Shown: positions 1 through 11,440, counted from the first letter of the stretch. The stretch is 64,000 nt of DNA from Ignavibacteriota bacterium (GCA_963702445.1 CAVPCZ010000005.1:90-64089); one strand, 5' to 3'. Program-made: numbers and translations. The notes: generated from the letters alone by a model not told the origin.

Positions 1-66
1 CGTATGCGTCTCGAGAACTTCGAAACGGAGATCCGGAATAGCGTGCGGGCGCAGTCAATGAAGGAA
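1..66 (+). CDS. 3' end of an unidentified ORF that begins left of the window
   Basis: Frame 1 is open from nt 1 to TAG at 64-66 (..RLENFETEIRNSVRAQSMKE*). A 7-bp GC hairpin follows at 100-116. Too short to assign a family. Confidence 0.25.
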
Positions 67-211
67 TAGCTGCGGTGCGCGCACGCTACCGTTGCCCCGG
101 ACCGGCCGTGCCGGTCGTGACATCTGTGTGCGAGGCCGGACCCCTGAAGATCTCAAGACGTGCATCCGTCCTCCGAACGAATTCTCCATTTGAACAATAC
201 GAGGTTTTGCA

Positions 212-3200
212 ATGAAATCAATGATAACGCTTCTCGGTTTGCTCTTCTTGCTCGCAACGAGCACCGGCGTCGCTCAGGACGCAAGAGTGTTCGTCGGTGG
301 AGCTCCTTCACCGTACAACACCAACTGGGAGAGAGCGGACAACTGGAACCCCGCTTCTCTGCCGGCACTCACAACATCGACTGATATTCCATACGGCAGC
401 CCGTACGTTGCCGTCACCGGCACAGATTGCAGAGCCGGCCGGCTCGACGATCCAGAGGGTGGGCGGCTCATCATCAAGAAGTCGGATAACGGCAAGAAAC
501 TCACCATTGCAAATGATCTCTTCATCGAAGAAGGTGGCACGTTCAACATCGCCGGAAGCATCGGAGACAATGGTCCGGTGATCTACGTGGGCGGCAACAT
601 CGAAAACAACGGAACCTTCAACCTCCAGGGGTATCGCTTGCAAATGCGGGGCTGGTCCTGACCGGAGGGCACCAGAAACCATTCGCGGCACGAAGGCAAT
701 TGCGCTCGCCAACTTGAGCTCGAATCACAACTTCGTGATAGATGGTGTAACGGTCTTCGTCACCGGCCAGTTCAAAGCCACTTTGGGAGCCACGGCCGTC
801 CTGATCAACGGTGGCCGTCTGATTCTCGACGCGGAATAAGAAGAACCCATTCACAATCACCGCCGAGACAGGACTCAACGGCACCATCTCGCCCGCCGGC
901 CCCACGCTCGTGGTGCCGGGCGAACCCCAGACTTTCACGTTCACCCCCTCCCAGGGATACCGGGTTGAAAGCGTCATCGTGGATGGTACAGACCTCGGTC
1001 CCCTGGCATCGTACACATTCGATTCAGTAATCGCGAATCACACAATCAAGGTGGTGTTCGCGATCGACTACCTCCCGGTTGGCGTGGGTGATCTCACCAA
1101 GTACTATGGAGACCATTTCGTCGTCAACACTACAATCTCGGGGGCATCCCGCTGCACTGGCCCGGGGGACAGAGCGAACTACCATCTCTCCAGCTCCATC
1201 CCGTAAACGGCGGACAACTATGCCTCCGCGATCCGAAATGGGCTTCCTTGCTCTGGGCGGCCGCCCCGCCGACGAACTTCGTAGAGAACACCGTGATCTC
1301 TCCGGACTACCATATCTGGGGCGGGGAAGTGGACGGCGTGAACAATGTCATCTGGGTCAGTACGGGCAAACGCCGGACTCTGGCCGGGGAGGATGAAGGC
1401 GCCACGGCCTGGGTTGAATGCTACGGGAGGTGCGGATGAGCGGATGTGATTGCCCTGACCAGGGTTCGCTACAATGCGATCAGACCGGGCGAGATCACCG
1501 ATGCCGATATCGCATTCAATGCCGTCTCTTCCTTCGTTTTTAAGACCGACGGCGTCACCACTGGGATTCCTGGATGTGGAAAACGCCGCGGCCCATGAGG
1601 CCGGGCACTTTCAGCAGGTCTGGGCAGACATCTACGAGCCGGGCGATCCGGCCTATTCCGCCCTGATGGGATCGGGCGACCCGGATGTGACGATGTACGG
1701 GATCATCAAGGGATCTTCCACGACGCGGGATCGGTTGAAACGAAGAAGCGTGACCTTGCGCCCCCGACATTGCCGGCATCGGCTACATGTCAGGAAGCGA
1801 TCCCACCATCAGGGTTTGGATATCGTTCTGGTGGATCGATGGCTCGAGCACGTTTGCACGGAACGTATGACGGGTTCACACCCTCAAAGGCATCAGCACA
1901 ATCAACCTCGTGCTTGAACATGGAGGGCTGGGCGATCGTGTCGGCATCGTGCAACTGCCCAATACCACGATCCTACCGCTGACGTCCGTCGCGACGGGGC
2001 AGGATGCCATCGTCCAGGCGCTTGCAGGACTTACTCCGGGGGAGGCACGAGTGCCATCGGCCAGGGCCTTCCGCCGGCGTCGGCCTCTTTCTCCACCGCC
2101 GCGCTACAGCCGAGCAACAACCAAGGGCGATGATTCTCTTCAGTGCAGGAGAGGAGACGGGTGCCCCGGGCTGCGCTGAGCCCCACCGTCATCGCCGGGC
2201 TCCAGAGGAGCTCCGGCGCCCAGCTGTTCACGATGGGCTTCACGGGGAGCACTGGTCAGCAGCTGGGAGCCATCCTTGCCGATTCTATGGGAGGCGGGTA
2301 CTATCTTGCGAGTGATTCCACGACCCCCGGCGGCATGCCACAAGCGATTCCGTGATGCTGCGGGTGGTCGACCAGATCTGGACCAGACTCTCCGGCCTTC
2401 GTCTGGTCTACAACGAATCTCTGGCATCCAGTTCCTTTGACTATGGCCGCGGCTTTGTGAGCGGTCAACCCGGAATCATCACCGGCCAGCCAGGATTTGT
2501 AAGCGGTCAGCCGGGGATCGTCTCGGGCAGCCAGGAATTGTTTCGGGTCAACCTGGATTCGTCAGCGGCCAGCCGGGCTTTGTTTCCGGCCAGCCGGGAT
2601 CGTGAGCGGCCAACCGGGTCTTGTTACCGGCCAACCAGGGATCGTGAGCGGCCAACCTGCCATCATCAAGGAGGGGACGAAGATTATGATCCCCACCGCG
2701 ATTACGGAGACTGGAAACATCCCCGCAGGTCCGGTAATGGGCAAGATCGCAGCGGGACAGGCAAAGGTCCAGCTGGGACTGATCGTACCTGGAGGAGCTT
2801 ACCCCAATACGCCTCCGTCCCGACTTCTACAAAGATCTGGCCTCAGGCCAAGTCAAAATCTCTCCCTATTACCTCTTCTATGAATGGGGAGTGATTCTTC
2901 CGGAGAGCGTTCCCTACATCAAATCATGGCCGTCACCATTCTTTTCGGACATCGAATACGTAGAGGGCGAAACGTACTCATACTATGTGATTAAGGATCC
3001 GAAACCAGGACCCTGGGGCCTCTTGACCACAGGTTCCCCGGGAACGCAACGGCAGTACCCGTGCCCGTCACCGCCTCTGTATCGGCGTTCTCAGATGTGG
3101 AAATGAACGTGGCATTCGATAAGTCAACATACAATCAGGGCGATCAGATCACCGTCTCGGCAACACTGTTGCATGCTTCCACCGGAAGCGGTCAGGCCGC

Positions 3201-4618
3201 CGCAGGGATTTCAGCTCCACGACTGACCACCACGAGTTCAGTCGGTCGGACCGATCACCAATGCAACCGTCCAGGCGGTCATCGTCTCACCGGTGGAGGG
3301 ATCACACAAACCGTTCCGCTTGTCCATGTGGGTAACGGCGTGTACAATGGGGTCTTTTCCAACACCGCCGCGGGGGGAACATACGACTTCACCGTTAAGG
3401 CGACGGGGCTACTCCCCCTGGCACAGGCGCCGTTCGTTCAAGAGTACCGGCAATCAGTCTTCGTGACCACTCCACAGAACCTGAATGCAGTTCTCTTTGC
3501 CACCAACTCCGCAGCCATCGGCGAAAATTCCGTTGTCCGTTCGGGGAGTGTCATCGTCAATCGGCAGGGCTCGGGCGCACCCAGCAACCCTCAATACGAT
3601 CTCGTGATATTGGGGGGTGTGTCGACGCCTGCTGGCTTCTCGGTAATGGCATCACGTATCCTCATCAAGGAAAAAGCCACCGTGGGCGGAAACGTCACGT
3701 CCAATACTCTCAGCAACAACGGTACGATCGGTGGAACAAAGGCATCTCCACTCCCGCTTCCGGTTGCTACGTCGATTCCTCCGTTCGAGAGCGCGCCGGG
3801 AGGGTCCAACAACATTACGGTGGCAACAAAGAAAACTACCACCATCACCACCGGAAGCTTTGGTGACGTCGTGGTCCAACCCCAGGCAACCCTTGTACTC
3901 GACGGGACGGGTCCCTTCAACTTCAAGAGCCTTTGGGTGAAGAGCCAGGGGAAAGTCACTTTCAAGAGTGCCGCCAAAGTGCGGATAACGGGAGAGTTGC
4001 GGGCCGACAACAAGACGTATGTCGGACCAGCGAACGGAACCACGGTTCAGCCTGCAGGCATCACCTTCTATGTGGCAGGGCCCGGGTCAGGTGAGCAGTC
4101 TCACCATCGGTGATTCTCGGTCCCTCCGGTGACATGTATGCCACCATCTACGCACCCAACGGGATTATCGAGTTGAAGGAACAGACACAGGTCACCGGCG
4201 CCCTTTTTCCAAAGGATGCCGTACTCGGAGAGAAGGACTCAACTTACGCTCGCAACAGGGTTCACCGTCCTCAGGAAAGAGGCGAGTGGCTCCCTGGACG
4301 CTAGAACCGGGCGAAACGACGGAAAGCGCAGCAGTGCCTACGTCATTTGCCTTAGAGCAGAATTATCCGAACCCGTTCAATCCCTCCACGTCAATCAGCT
4401 ACCACCTGCCCGAGCAACGCACGGTCATTCTGACGGTCTACAACTCCCTCGGCCAGGAGATCACCACACTGGTGAATGACGTCCAGCCAGCCGGAAGGTA
4501 CTCCGTTCAATGGAATGGAACGACCCAGGCAGGCGCACCGGTCAGTAGCGGAGTGTATCTCTACAGGCTCAATGCGGGAAGTTTTGTGGAAATGAAGAAG
4601 ATGATGTTCTTGAAGTAA
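212..4618 (+). CDS. Giant multi-domain secreted T9SS cargo protein (Ig-like repeat, HExxH metalloprotease, VWA-like, heptad repeats, beta-helix-like region, T9SS CTD). Heavily frameshifted as assembled and possibly more than one gene.
   Basis: Signal peptide MKSMITLLGLLFLLATSTGVAQ. ORF pieces in all three + frames read on from one another. Ig-like repeat FTITAETGLNGTISPAGP..HTIKVVF (about 840-1070). HExxH motif AAHEAGH (about 1594). VWA-like pieces DIVLV.. and ..GGGYYLASD (about 1810-2330). GQPGxVS repeats (2463-2670). Gly/Thr/Asn-rich region at 3061-4113. T9SS C-terminal domain FALEQNYPNPFNPSTSISYHL..GVYLYRL..MMFLK* (4340-4618). Confidence 0.6.
2463..2670 (+). repeat. Tandem 21-nt repeat x10 encoding the heptad GQPG(I/F/L)(V/I)(S/T)
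   Basis: Units start at 2463, 2484, 2505, 2526, 2546, 2567, 2588, 2608, 2629 and 2650. Units 4 (2526-2545) and 7 (2588-2607) are 20 nt: one base is missing in a GG/CC or GGGG run, and this produces the frame changes between ORFs 2352..2894 and 2602..2883. Confidence 0.9.
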
Positions 4619-4658
4619 CAGGCGTTCCCCTTCCATACGCGGGCGGAACAGGTGCCCC

Positions 4659-4700
4659 AAGCTACCGCGGATTGCTTTTCCGCGGTAGCTTACTTTTATT
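4659..4700 (+). terminator. Rho-independent terminator after the T9SS cargo gene
   Basis: Perfect 12-bp stem aagctaccgcgg (4659-4670) / ccgcggtagctt (4680-4691), a 9-nt loop, then the T-rich tail acttttatt. Confidence 0.8.
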
Positions 4701-4740
4701 AGTGGTCGAACCGACGAGACCACCCAGCCACACACCTGCA

Positions 4741-7700
4741 ATGAAGCAACGAATCTTCATCCGACGTACAATTGCCCGGCACACATCAGGAGCAAGGGTT
4801 ACTTTGCTCCTCTGTGTCCTGTTGCTCACAGCAGAAGTCATCGCCCAACGAAAGTACGCGTTCGATCATCTCACGGTGAAAGACGGACTGTCTCAGGGAA
4901 GTGTGCTCTGCATTCTTCAGGACAGCAAGGGGTTCATGTGGTTTGGCACGCAGGACGGACTCAACCGTTTTGACGGTTATCATGTGAAAGTCTTCAAGAA
5001 TATCCCCGGAGACTCCACGTCCCTGAACGGCAGCTATATCCTCACCATTGCCGAAGATTCCACGAACACACTGTGGGTACGGACCAACGAGCGCGGAACC
5101 ATGCTCAACCGGTTCGACCGTGTGAAGGAAACATTCACACAGGTCCCTCGTGACAGCGTCGATCTCCTCCGTGCCCGCAAGAATGTTTCGCGCCAGGAAT
5201 ACGACGAACCCTCCGGCGTCCGCTGGCGGGGAACAGCCGCCGGAAGCGGTTTGAGCCGGTTTGATCCCCGGACCGGAACAACAACGGTGTTCAAACACGA
5301 TCCGTCGAACCCTCACAGCCTTATCGACAACCGGATCTACTACATCTACGGTGATCGGCAAGGGACCGTGTGGGTTGGAACACGTTCGGGACTCGATCGG
5401 TTCAACCGCGAAACCGAAACCTTCACGCACTACGTCCACGACCCCCGCAATCTCAATACCCTGAGCGACAGCTGGGTGTGGCCGATTTTCGAGGACCGCG
5501 CCGGCATCCTTTGGGTGGGGACGTACAACGGGGGGCTGAACCGCTTCGATCGGACCTCCGGCATGTTCACTCGGTACCGACATGATGAAGCCGATCCGAG
5601 AAGTCTGAACGGAAATCAACTCCTCTCCATCAACCAGGATCAATCGGGGATGATCTGGGTGGGCATCGACGGCCAAGGCGTTGATCGGTTTCACCCGGAT
5701 CTGGGCGCCTTCAGCAATTTCATGCATGACCCGAGGGATCCTGGCAAGTCTCCTGAACAATACTGTCGTGGGACTCTATGTGGATCGATCGGGAACTCCC
5801 TGGATTGGCACAAAAGCGGGTTTGAGCGGCATGGATCGCACAACCGGCAGGTTCGCTCACTACAGGCCCGATCCAGTCCGCCCGACCAGTCTTGGTGGCA
5901 GCATGCCCCACGTGTTCCTCGAGGATCAAGACGGGGAGATGTGGATCGGGATGATCGGAGGGGGGATTGATCGGTTCGATCGAAGACGTGGCACATTCAC
6001 CCACTACAAACGCAACCCGGCAGACCCGGGAGCCTTAGTGGCAACGAGGTGTATGCACTCTATGAGGATCGTCAGGGGACCATCTGGGCCGGAACAATCA
6101 ACACCGGGCTTGACCGGTTTGACCGCACCACAGGAACATTCACAAACTACCATCATATCGATTCCATCCCCGGCAGTCTCGGGGGCGGTGGGGTGTTCGC
6201 CCTTCTCGAAGACCGGGCAGGCAACTTCTGGGTGGGAACGTTTGGCGGAGGTCTGGACCGGATGGACCGGAAGACGGGGGTATTCACACACTTCCGGCAT
6301 GATGACTCGGATACGAACAGTCTGAGCAACGACCTCATCGCGAGCCTCTATGAAGATCGCGCAGGTAACTTGTGGGTAGGGACGGCCGGCGGATTGAACC
6401 GCATGGACCGCGCGCACCAACACGTTTACTTCGTACCATGTGAAGGACGGACTTCCCGATGACGTCATCCTGGGGATACTGGAAGATGGCCGCGGGAATC
6501 TCTGGCTGAGCACCAACAAGGGACTCTCGAAGTTCGACCCCCGCCGCAAACATTCCGCAACTTCGATTTCAACGACGGGCTGCCGGGAGATGAGTTCAAT
6601 CAGGGGGCGTACGCCATGGATCCCCGCACAGGAGAGATGTACTTCGGCGGGACCAACGGGTTCACCGTGTTCCACCCCGACAGCGTCGCGGACAATCCTT
6701 TCGTCCCGCCCTGTCGTGTTCAGCTCCTTCACCCGATACAACACCGATGATGAGGAGGGGAAGCCGATCGAGGAGAAAGGGGATCGATGCGCAGACCGCG
6801 GATCACACTCTCGTACAAGGACAACGTCGCCAACTTTCGAGTTCGCGGCCCTGAGCTTCTACAACAACTTCAAGAACCGGTACGCATACAAACTTGAAGG
6901 GTTCAGTGACAACTGGATCCAGCTGGGAACGGAGCGCGCGCGCAACATTCACCAATCTCGATGCCGGGGAGTACACGCTCCAGGTGAAGGGCTCGAACAA
7001 CGACGGCGTCTGGAACGAGGAGGGTGCCTCACTCCGGCTGGTCGTGACACCCCCCTGGTGGAAGACCCGGTGGGCATACGCAGGCTATGGCCTGATGGGC
7101 TTCGGACTCCTGTACGGCATGCGGAGTTTCGAAATCAACAGGCGTGAACAGAAAACGCAGGTTCGCGAGTCGGAACTCCGCGCAAAAGCCGCGGAGGCCG
7201 AAAAACGCGTCCTCGAAGCGGAAAACGAACGAAAGACGAAAGAGCTGGAGGACGCCCGGCAGCTGCAGCTCTCCATGCTGCCGCGGGAGGTGCCGCAGCA
7301 TGCCGGACTCGACATCGCCGTCTTCATGAGGACAGCGACCGAAGTCGGCGGGGACTACTACGATTTCACCCGGGCCCAGGACGGCACGCTCAACGTCGCC
7401 TTCGGCGACGCGACCGGACACGGCATGCAGGCGGGGACGATCGTCACGCTGATGAAGGGGCTCTTCCTCTCCGATGCCGCACGCGTCGACATGCGGACAT
7501 TCTTCAACCACTGCAGCCTGACGATGAAGGAGATCAGGCTGGGCCGGCTCTTCATGGCGTTCAGTCTCGTGAGAATGAACGGAAAGAAGGTTAGCTTTTC
7601 GAGTGCCGGGATGCCGCCCGCCTATCTGCACAGGCACGCGACGGATGACCTGGAGGAGATCTTCCTCAAAGGAATGCCGCTGGGGGCGATGAAGAGCTTT

Positions 7701-7952
7701 CCGTACGCCCTGCACGAGATGGAGATGGAGCGGGGCGACACTCTTCTCTTCCTCACCGATGGGCTTCCGGAACAGAAGAACGCCGGCGGGGAGATGTTCG
7801 ACTATGCCCGGGTACAGCAGACCTTCCGCGCCGCGCTTGCGGGGAAGCCGGAGGAGATCATCGCCCGGCTTGTTGCAGCGGGCGAAACCTGGATGAACGG
7901 CGTGCCGCAGGATGATGACATCACGCTGCTTGTCATCAGGAAGACAGCGTAA
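4741..7952 (+). CDS. Sensor protein: periplasmic two-component-regulator propeller repeats + Y_Y_Y domain + TM + coiled coil + PP2C/SpoIIE serine phosphatase (frameshifted as assembled)
   Basis: ATG at 4741 (MKQRIFIRR.. with a hydrophobic signal/TM). Repeated propeller motifs (KDGLSQGSVLCILQDSKGFMWFGTQDGLNRFDG; GTVWVGTRSGLDRFN; GILWVGTYNGGLNRFD; GNLWLSTNKGLSKFDP). Y_Y_Y-like YAYKLEGFSDNWIQLG..YTLQVKGSNNDGVWNE. TM segment WAYAGYGLMGFGLLYG. PP2C motifs EVGGDYYDF, GDATGHGMQAG, DDITLLVIRK. ORF pieces 4672..5970, 5681..6325, 6049..6462, 6440..7147 and 6894..7952, with further frame changes clustered in 6400-6960. Confidence 0.75.
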
Positions 7953-8011
7953 TGGCCCGGCACCGAGGAGCTGCCCACAGAGTGGTATTTCAATTTACGG
8001 AGAGGTTGTGC

Positions 8012-8428
8012 ATGAACGATGCCGTGACGCTCAAGATGTCGCTCCCGAAGATTCCCGACATCGAACTGGTAGCTCTGGAAGGGCTGGACCGGCTCGCACG
8101 CCACCTCGGCATCGCCGACGAGAAGATCGGGGAGGCAAAAATCGTGGTCACGGAAGCGATCATCAATGCCCTCGAGCACTCCGGGGACAAGAATCCGGTC
8201 GTCCGGGTCGAGTTCACGATGACTCCAGAAGAACTCACGGTTTTCGTGCGGGACTACGGGAAGGGGTTCGAACCCTCGGCGGTTGAAGATCCGGACATCC
8301 AGGCAAAAATGGGGAGCAAGAACAAGAGGGGATGGGGACTCAAAATCATGAAGTCCCTTTCAGACGACTTCCGGATCCAATCGGGGAAGACCGGAACAAA
8401 AATCACAATCACCAAGCTGCTGAGCTAG
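8012..8428 (+). CDS. rsbW: RsbW/SpoIIAB-like anti-sigma-factor serine kinase (HATPase_c_2)
   Basis: ATG at 8012 preceded by ggagagg. Motifs VTEAIINALEH, VFVRDYGKGF, GWGLKIM. Sits directly upstream of a STAS gene. Confidence 0.8.
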   Translation: MNDAVTLKMSLPKIPDIELVALEGLDRLARHLGIADEKIGEAKIVVTEAIINALEHSGDKNPVVRVEFTMTPEELTVFVRDYGKGFEPSAVEDPDIQAKMGSKNKRGWGLKIMKSLSDDFRIQSGKTGTKITITKLLS

Positions 8429-8431
8429 ACC

Positions 8432-8788
8432 ATGGAACAACCGTTCAGTCTGACAACAGAGGTCAACCAGAAACGCCTGATCATCACCACATCCGGCTAC
8501 GTGAACAACGTGGGCGGTGCGGCCATCGCGGAAGAATTCCAGCGCCACTTTGCCGGTGGGATCCGGGAAGTGATCATCAACCTCGGTCAATCAAAGGTGG
8601 TGAACTCCGTCGGCATGTCGTTCCTTATCGAGATCATTGAACAGCTCAACGAAGCAAACGGCCGGCTGGTCTTCACGAATCTGGACCCGGCAGTGGAAAA
8701 GATGCTGGCAATTATGGGATTGTTCCAATTTGCCGGCAAGGAAAACACCGTCGAGGATGCCCTCGTATCCCTTTCCGGACGGGCGTGA
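8432..8788 (+). CDS. rsbV: STAS-domain anti-anti-sigma factor (RsbV/SpoIIAA-like)
   Basis: 118 aa. Motif INLGQSKVVNSVGMSFLIEI around the putative phospho-Ser, then ..LVFTNLDPAVEKMLAIMGL. Starts 4 nt after the kinase stop. Confidence 0.85.
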   Translation: MEQPFSLTTEVNQKRLIITTSGYVNNVGGAAIAEEFQRHFAGGIREVIINLGQSKVVNSVGMSFLIEIIEQLNEANGRLVFTNLDPAVEKMLAIMGLFQFAGKENTVEDALVSLSGRA

Positions 8789-10407
8789 CGACCATCGAGG
8801 GACACCCCATGCCCGAACAGACACCGGCCGACCTCCTGGCCCGGCAAATAGCATCGCTCGGAGAGTCGTTCCGCGGACTGTCCAAAGCCGGCAACCTGAA
8901 GGATCTCGCCGGACGTTTTTGCGGCTTTGTGCTTCAGCATGCAGGGGCGAGCAGCGTTTGCCTGTATCACCGCACCAGTGGTGGAGAATGGCAGAGTCTC
9001 TCTCTGGGGAACACAGCCACGACTCCTCCACTCCCGGCCTTTCCTGAAAACGGTTCGTTCGCTGTCACTCTGGAAGATGGGGAGACCCGCCTCCTTGCGG
9101 CGCAGAAACTCGTCGACGGCTCGGCACTGGGCATCGTTGTCGCCCGGCAGCCCGGAAGCCGCACAAGCACGGCAGATGAGATCGTCTCCCTCCGCCTCTC
9201 CGCCACCCTCTTTGAGAATGCGTACCAGGCCTATCTCCACCGGAACAACGAAAAAGAACTGATCTTCTCGCTCAACCACCGCCTTCTCCAGCTCAACAGC
9301 CTGATCGACACGGGGATCGAAGTCGCGAAGCTCGAACAGGACCTCCCACCTTATCGCCTTGCACTGGAACGCGCCGCCGCTCTCACCAACGCTTCCCTGG
9401 GGTCGGTCACCATTACACGGGACGGTTCGGTGATTGAGCGTATTTCGTTCCCGGCGGCTCTTCCGGATGGCGCCCAATCTCCGGGCGAGAGTCATATCAG
9501 TGCTGAATTCGCCTTCGGCGGGAGTACCTATCTCTTCGAACTGATGAACAAAGAGAGCCGGAAGGGCGTGGTTCCGTTCGAGGGGACGGACAAGCTTCTG
9601 CTGGACGCCCTCTCCCGCCAGGTCCAGGCTTCACTGGAAAACCGCTTCCTGCTCCAGCAGTCGCTGGAGAAGGAAAAGATGGAACGGGACCTTGCAGTCG
9701 CCGCCTCCATCCAGCAGAGGATACTACCCGAGACCCTCCCCGTGATCGAGGGTTACGACTCGGCCGGCATTAACATCCCCTCGAAGTCGGTCGGTGGTGA
9801 CTACTACGACTGTATCCCGCTCTCTGACGGCAGGTATGCGCTGGTGATCGCCGATGTTGCGGGAAAAGGAATCCCCGCCGCGCTTCTCGTCAGCACACTC
9901 CACGCGTACCTCTCGGCCTACCTCGAAAGCGGCATGCCGCTCGTGGATCTGAGCGCCCGCCTCAACCGGATGATTCACCGGGCTTCAACAGACGACAAGT
10001 TCATCACGGCATTCTTCGCCCTGCTGGACCCGCGAACCGGCTCCATGGAAACCGTAAACGCGGGGCATAATACGGTATACTGGCGCCGTGCGGACGGATC
10101 GGTGAATGAACTGAGCCTCGGGGGAATTCCACTGGGAATGCTGGACATGGATCTCCCGTATCAGTCCGAGCAGTTTACGCTCGGACCCGGCGACCGGATA
10201 CTTCTTTACACGGATGGCATTCCCGAGGCGCAGAACGAGCGGAATGAGTTGTACGAGACTGAGGTGCCTCTCAAGGACTTTTTCGCGCGTACGGTACCCG
10301 ACAAAGCGGATACGTTCATACAGCAGTTGATTGCCGACGTGAAGCGCTTCACGGGGGATGCGCCGCAGGCGGATGATATCACGGCCCTGTACATGATGAG
10401 GCGGTAG
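8785..10407 (+). CDS. PP2C/SpoIIE-family phosphatase with an N-terminal GAF-like sensor region (RsbU/RsbP-like)
   Basis: Intact 540-aa ORF overlapping the STAS stop (GTGA). Motifs ASIQQRILP, SVGGDYYD, VIADVAGKGIPAALL, DDITALYMMRR. An alternative ATG start is at 8806. Confidence 0.8.
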   Translation: MTTIEGHPMPEQTPADLLARQIASLGESFRGLSKAGNLKDLAGRFCGFVLQHAGASSVCLYHRTSGGEWQSLSLGNTATTPPLPAFPENGSFAVTLEDGETRLLAAQKLVDGSALGIVVARQPGSRTSTADEIVSLRLSATLFENAYQAYLHRNNEKELIFSLNHRLLQLNSLIDTGIEVAKLEQDLPPYRLALERAAALTNASLGSVTITRDGSVIERISFPAALPDGAQSPGESHISAEFAFGGSTYLFELMNKESRKGVVPFEGTDKLLLDALSRQVQASLENRFLLQQSLEKEKMERDLAVAASIQQRILPETLPVIEGYDSAGINIPSKSVGGDYYDCIPLSDGRYALVIADVAGKGIPAALLVSTLHAYLSAYLESGMPLVDLSARLNRMIHRASTDDKFITAFFALLDPRTGSMETVNAGHNTVYWRRADGSVNELSLGGIPLGMLDMDLPYQSEQFTLGPGDRILLYTDGIPEAQNERNELYETEVPLKDFFARTVPDKADTFIQQLIADVKRFTGDAPQADDITALYMMRR

Positions 10408-10433
10408 AGGACAGCGCTCGAAGCCTGAGATTT

Positions 10434-11393
10434 CTAGCGTCGGAGGGGGAAGGTGAGCGTGAGCGCGTCATGGAAGGACATGAAATCTTCGTTCAGCATC
10501 CGTATGGTGAAGCGGACTTCTTCAGCCGTGATGGCGCACCGCATATAGTGAAACATCCGCAGTTCCGTTTTTGCCGGAAACTCGTCAGTCCACCGCCGCT
10601 CCGCCCCGACAAGAAGAGGCTGTTGAAGTCCCCCTCCCCCCCCGATCACCAGGAAGTCCTTTCCACCGTTCTTGAAATGCTCCACGGCATGGCAATGCCC
10701 GCTCACAAAAAGGCGACACTTGGAGGCGGCCAGAAACGGGGGGACAAACAACTGCTGCACCTCCCTGGACGGTGAAACAATGGTGCTGTTCGTGTAAGGA
10801 GGATGGTGGCAGCCGACAATAACCAGATCCACGGTAGAGTCTTTTTCCAGCCGGGCAAGCGTTTCTTCGTACCACGCCTGCTGTTTCTGAGCGTCCTCCG
10901 GGGAGAGATTGCCGAAATTCGAATTGAGGAGGACAACAGCGATCGAACCCAGACGCCGCATATACCCCGTGTTGTTGACATAGGGAAAACGTTCTTCGAA
11001 TTTCTGGCGACCCATCCCCGAAAAAAAGATGAGCTCATGGTTCCCGAGAATGGGTAGGTACGGGATCTTCTTCACAGCGAGTTTTGCGCCGAAGGAGTCG
11101 ATCGCCGCCCATGACTTCTCCAGAAAGCCCAGCGCGATCTGGTCGCCGAGATGGAAGACTGCGGATGGAGCTTCGTCCAGGATGGCATCGAAAATGCGGG
11201 CGCGGGCGAGCTCGTTGTTGTTCCAGTCGAGTTTCAACTTTTCCGGCCAGAGGGGGTTCTGCGTGTCGCTGACAAAATCGGCCCTGAGAGTGTCTCCCGG
11301 CGAGAGCTGCTGGGAAATGCCGGGCGAGCCACAGAAGAAAAGAATGAAAAGGAGAATTGAAAAGGACCTGACAGGTCTTTTTATGAAACTCAC
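10434..11393 (-). CDS. Calcineurin-like metallophosphoesterase, secreted
   Basis: Motifs FVSDTQNP, HLGDQIA, ILGNHELIF, VIVGCHHPPY, VSGHCHAVEHF. The likely start is GTG at 11393 (VSFIKRPVRSFSILLFILFFC.. signal peptide). The longer ORF to 11519 would overlap the upstream gene. Confidence 0.8.
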   Translation of the reverse strand: MSFIKRPVRSFSILLFILFFCGSPGISQQLSPGDTLRADFVSDTQNPLWPEKLKLDWNNNELARARIFDAILDEAPSAVFHLGDQIALGFLEKSWAAIDSFGAKLAVKKIPYLPILGNHELIFFSGMGRQKFEERFPYVNNTGYMRRLGSIAVVLLNSNFGNLSPEDAQKQQAWYEETLARLEKDSTVDLVIVGCHHPPYTNSTIVSPSREVQQLFVPPFLAASKCRLFVSGHCHAVEHFKNGGKDFLVIGGGGGLQQPLLVGAERRWTDEFPAKTELRMFHYMRCAITAEEVRFTIRMLNEDFMSFHDALTLTFPLRR

Positions 11394-11440
11394 GTGTATC
11401 TCCCTATGATGCTTTCTCCACTCGGCGTGGGTTCGGACCC

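Noticed and set aside
2463-2670. Collagen-like triple-helix repeat
   Set aside because: The period is 7 residues (GQPGxVS), not G-X-Y triplets.
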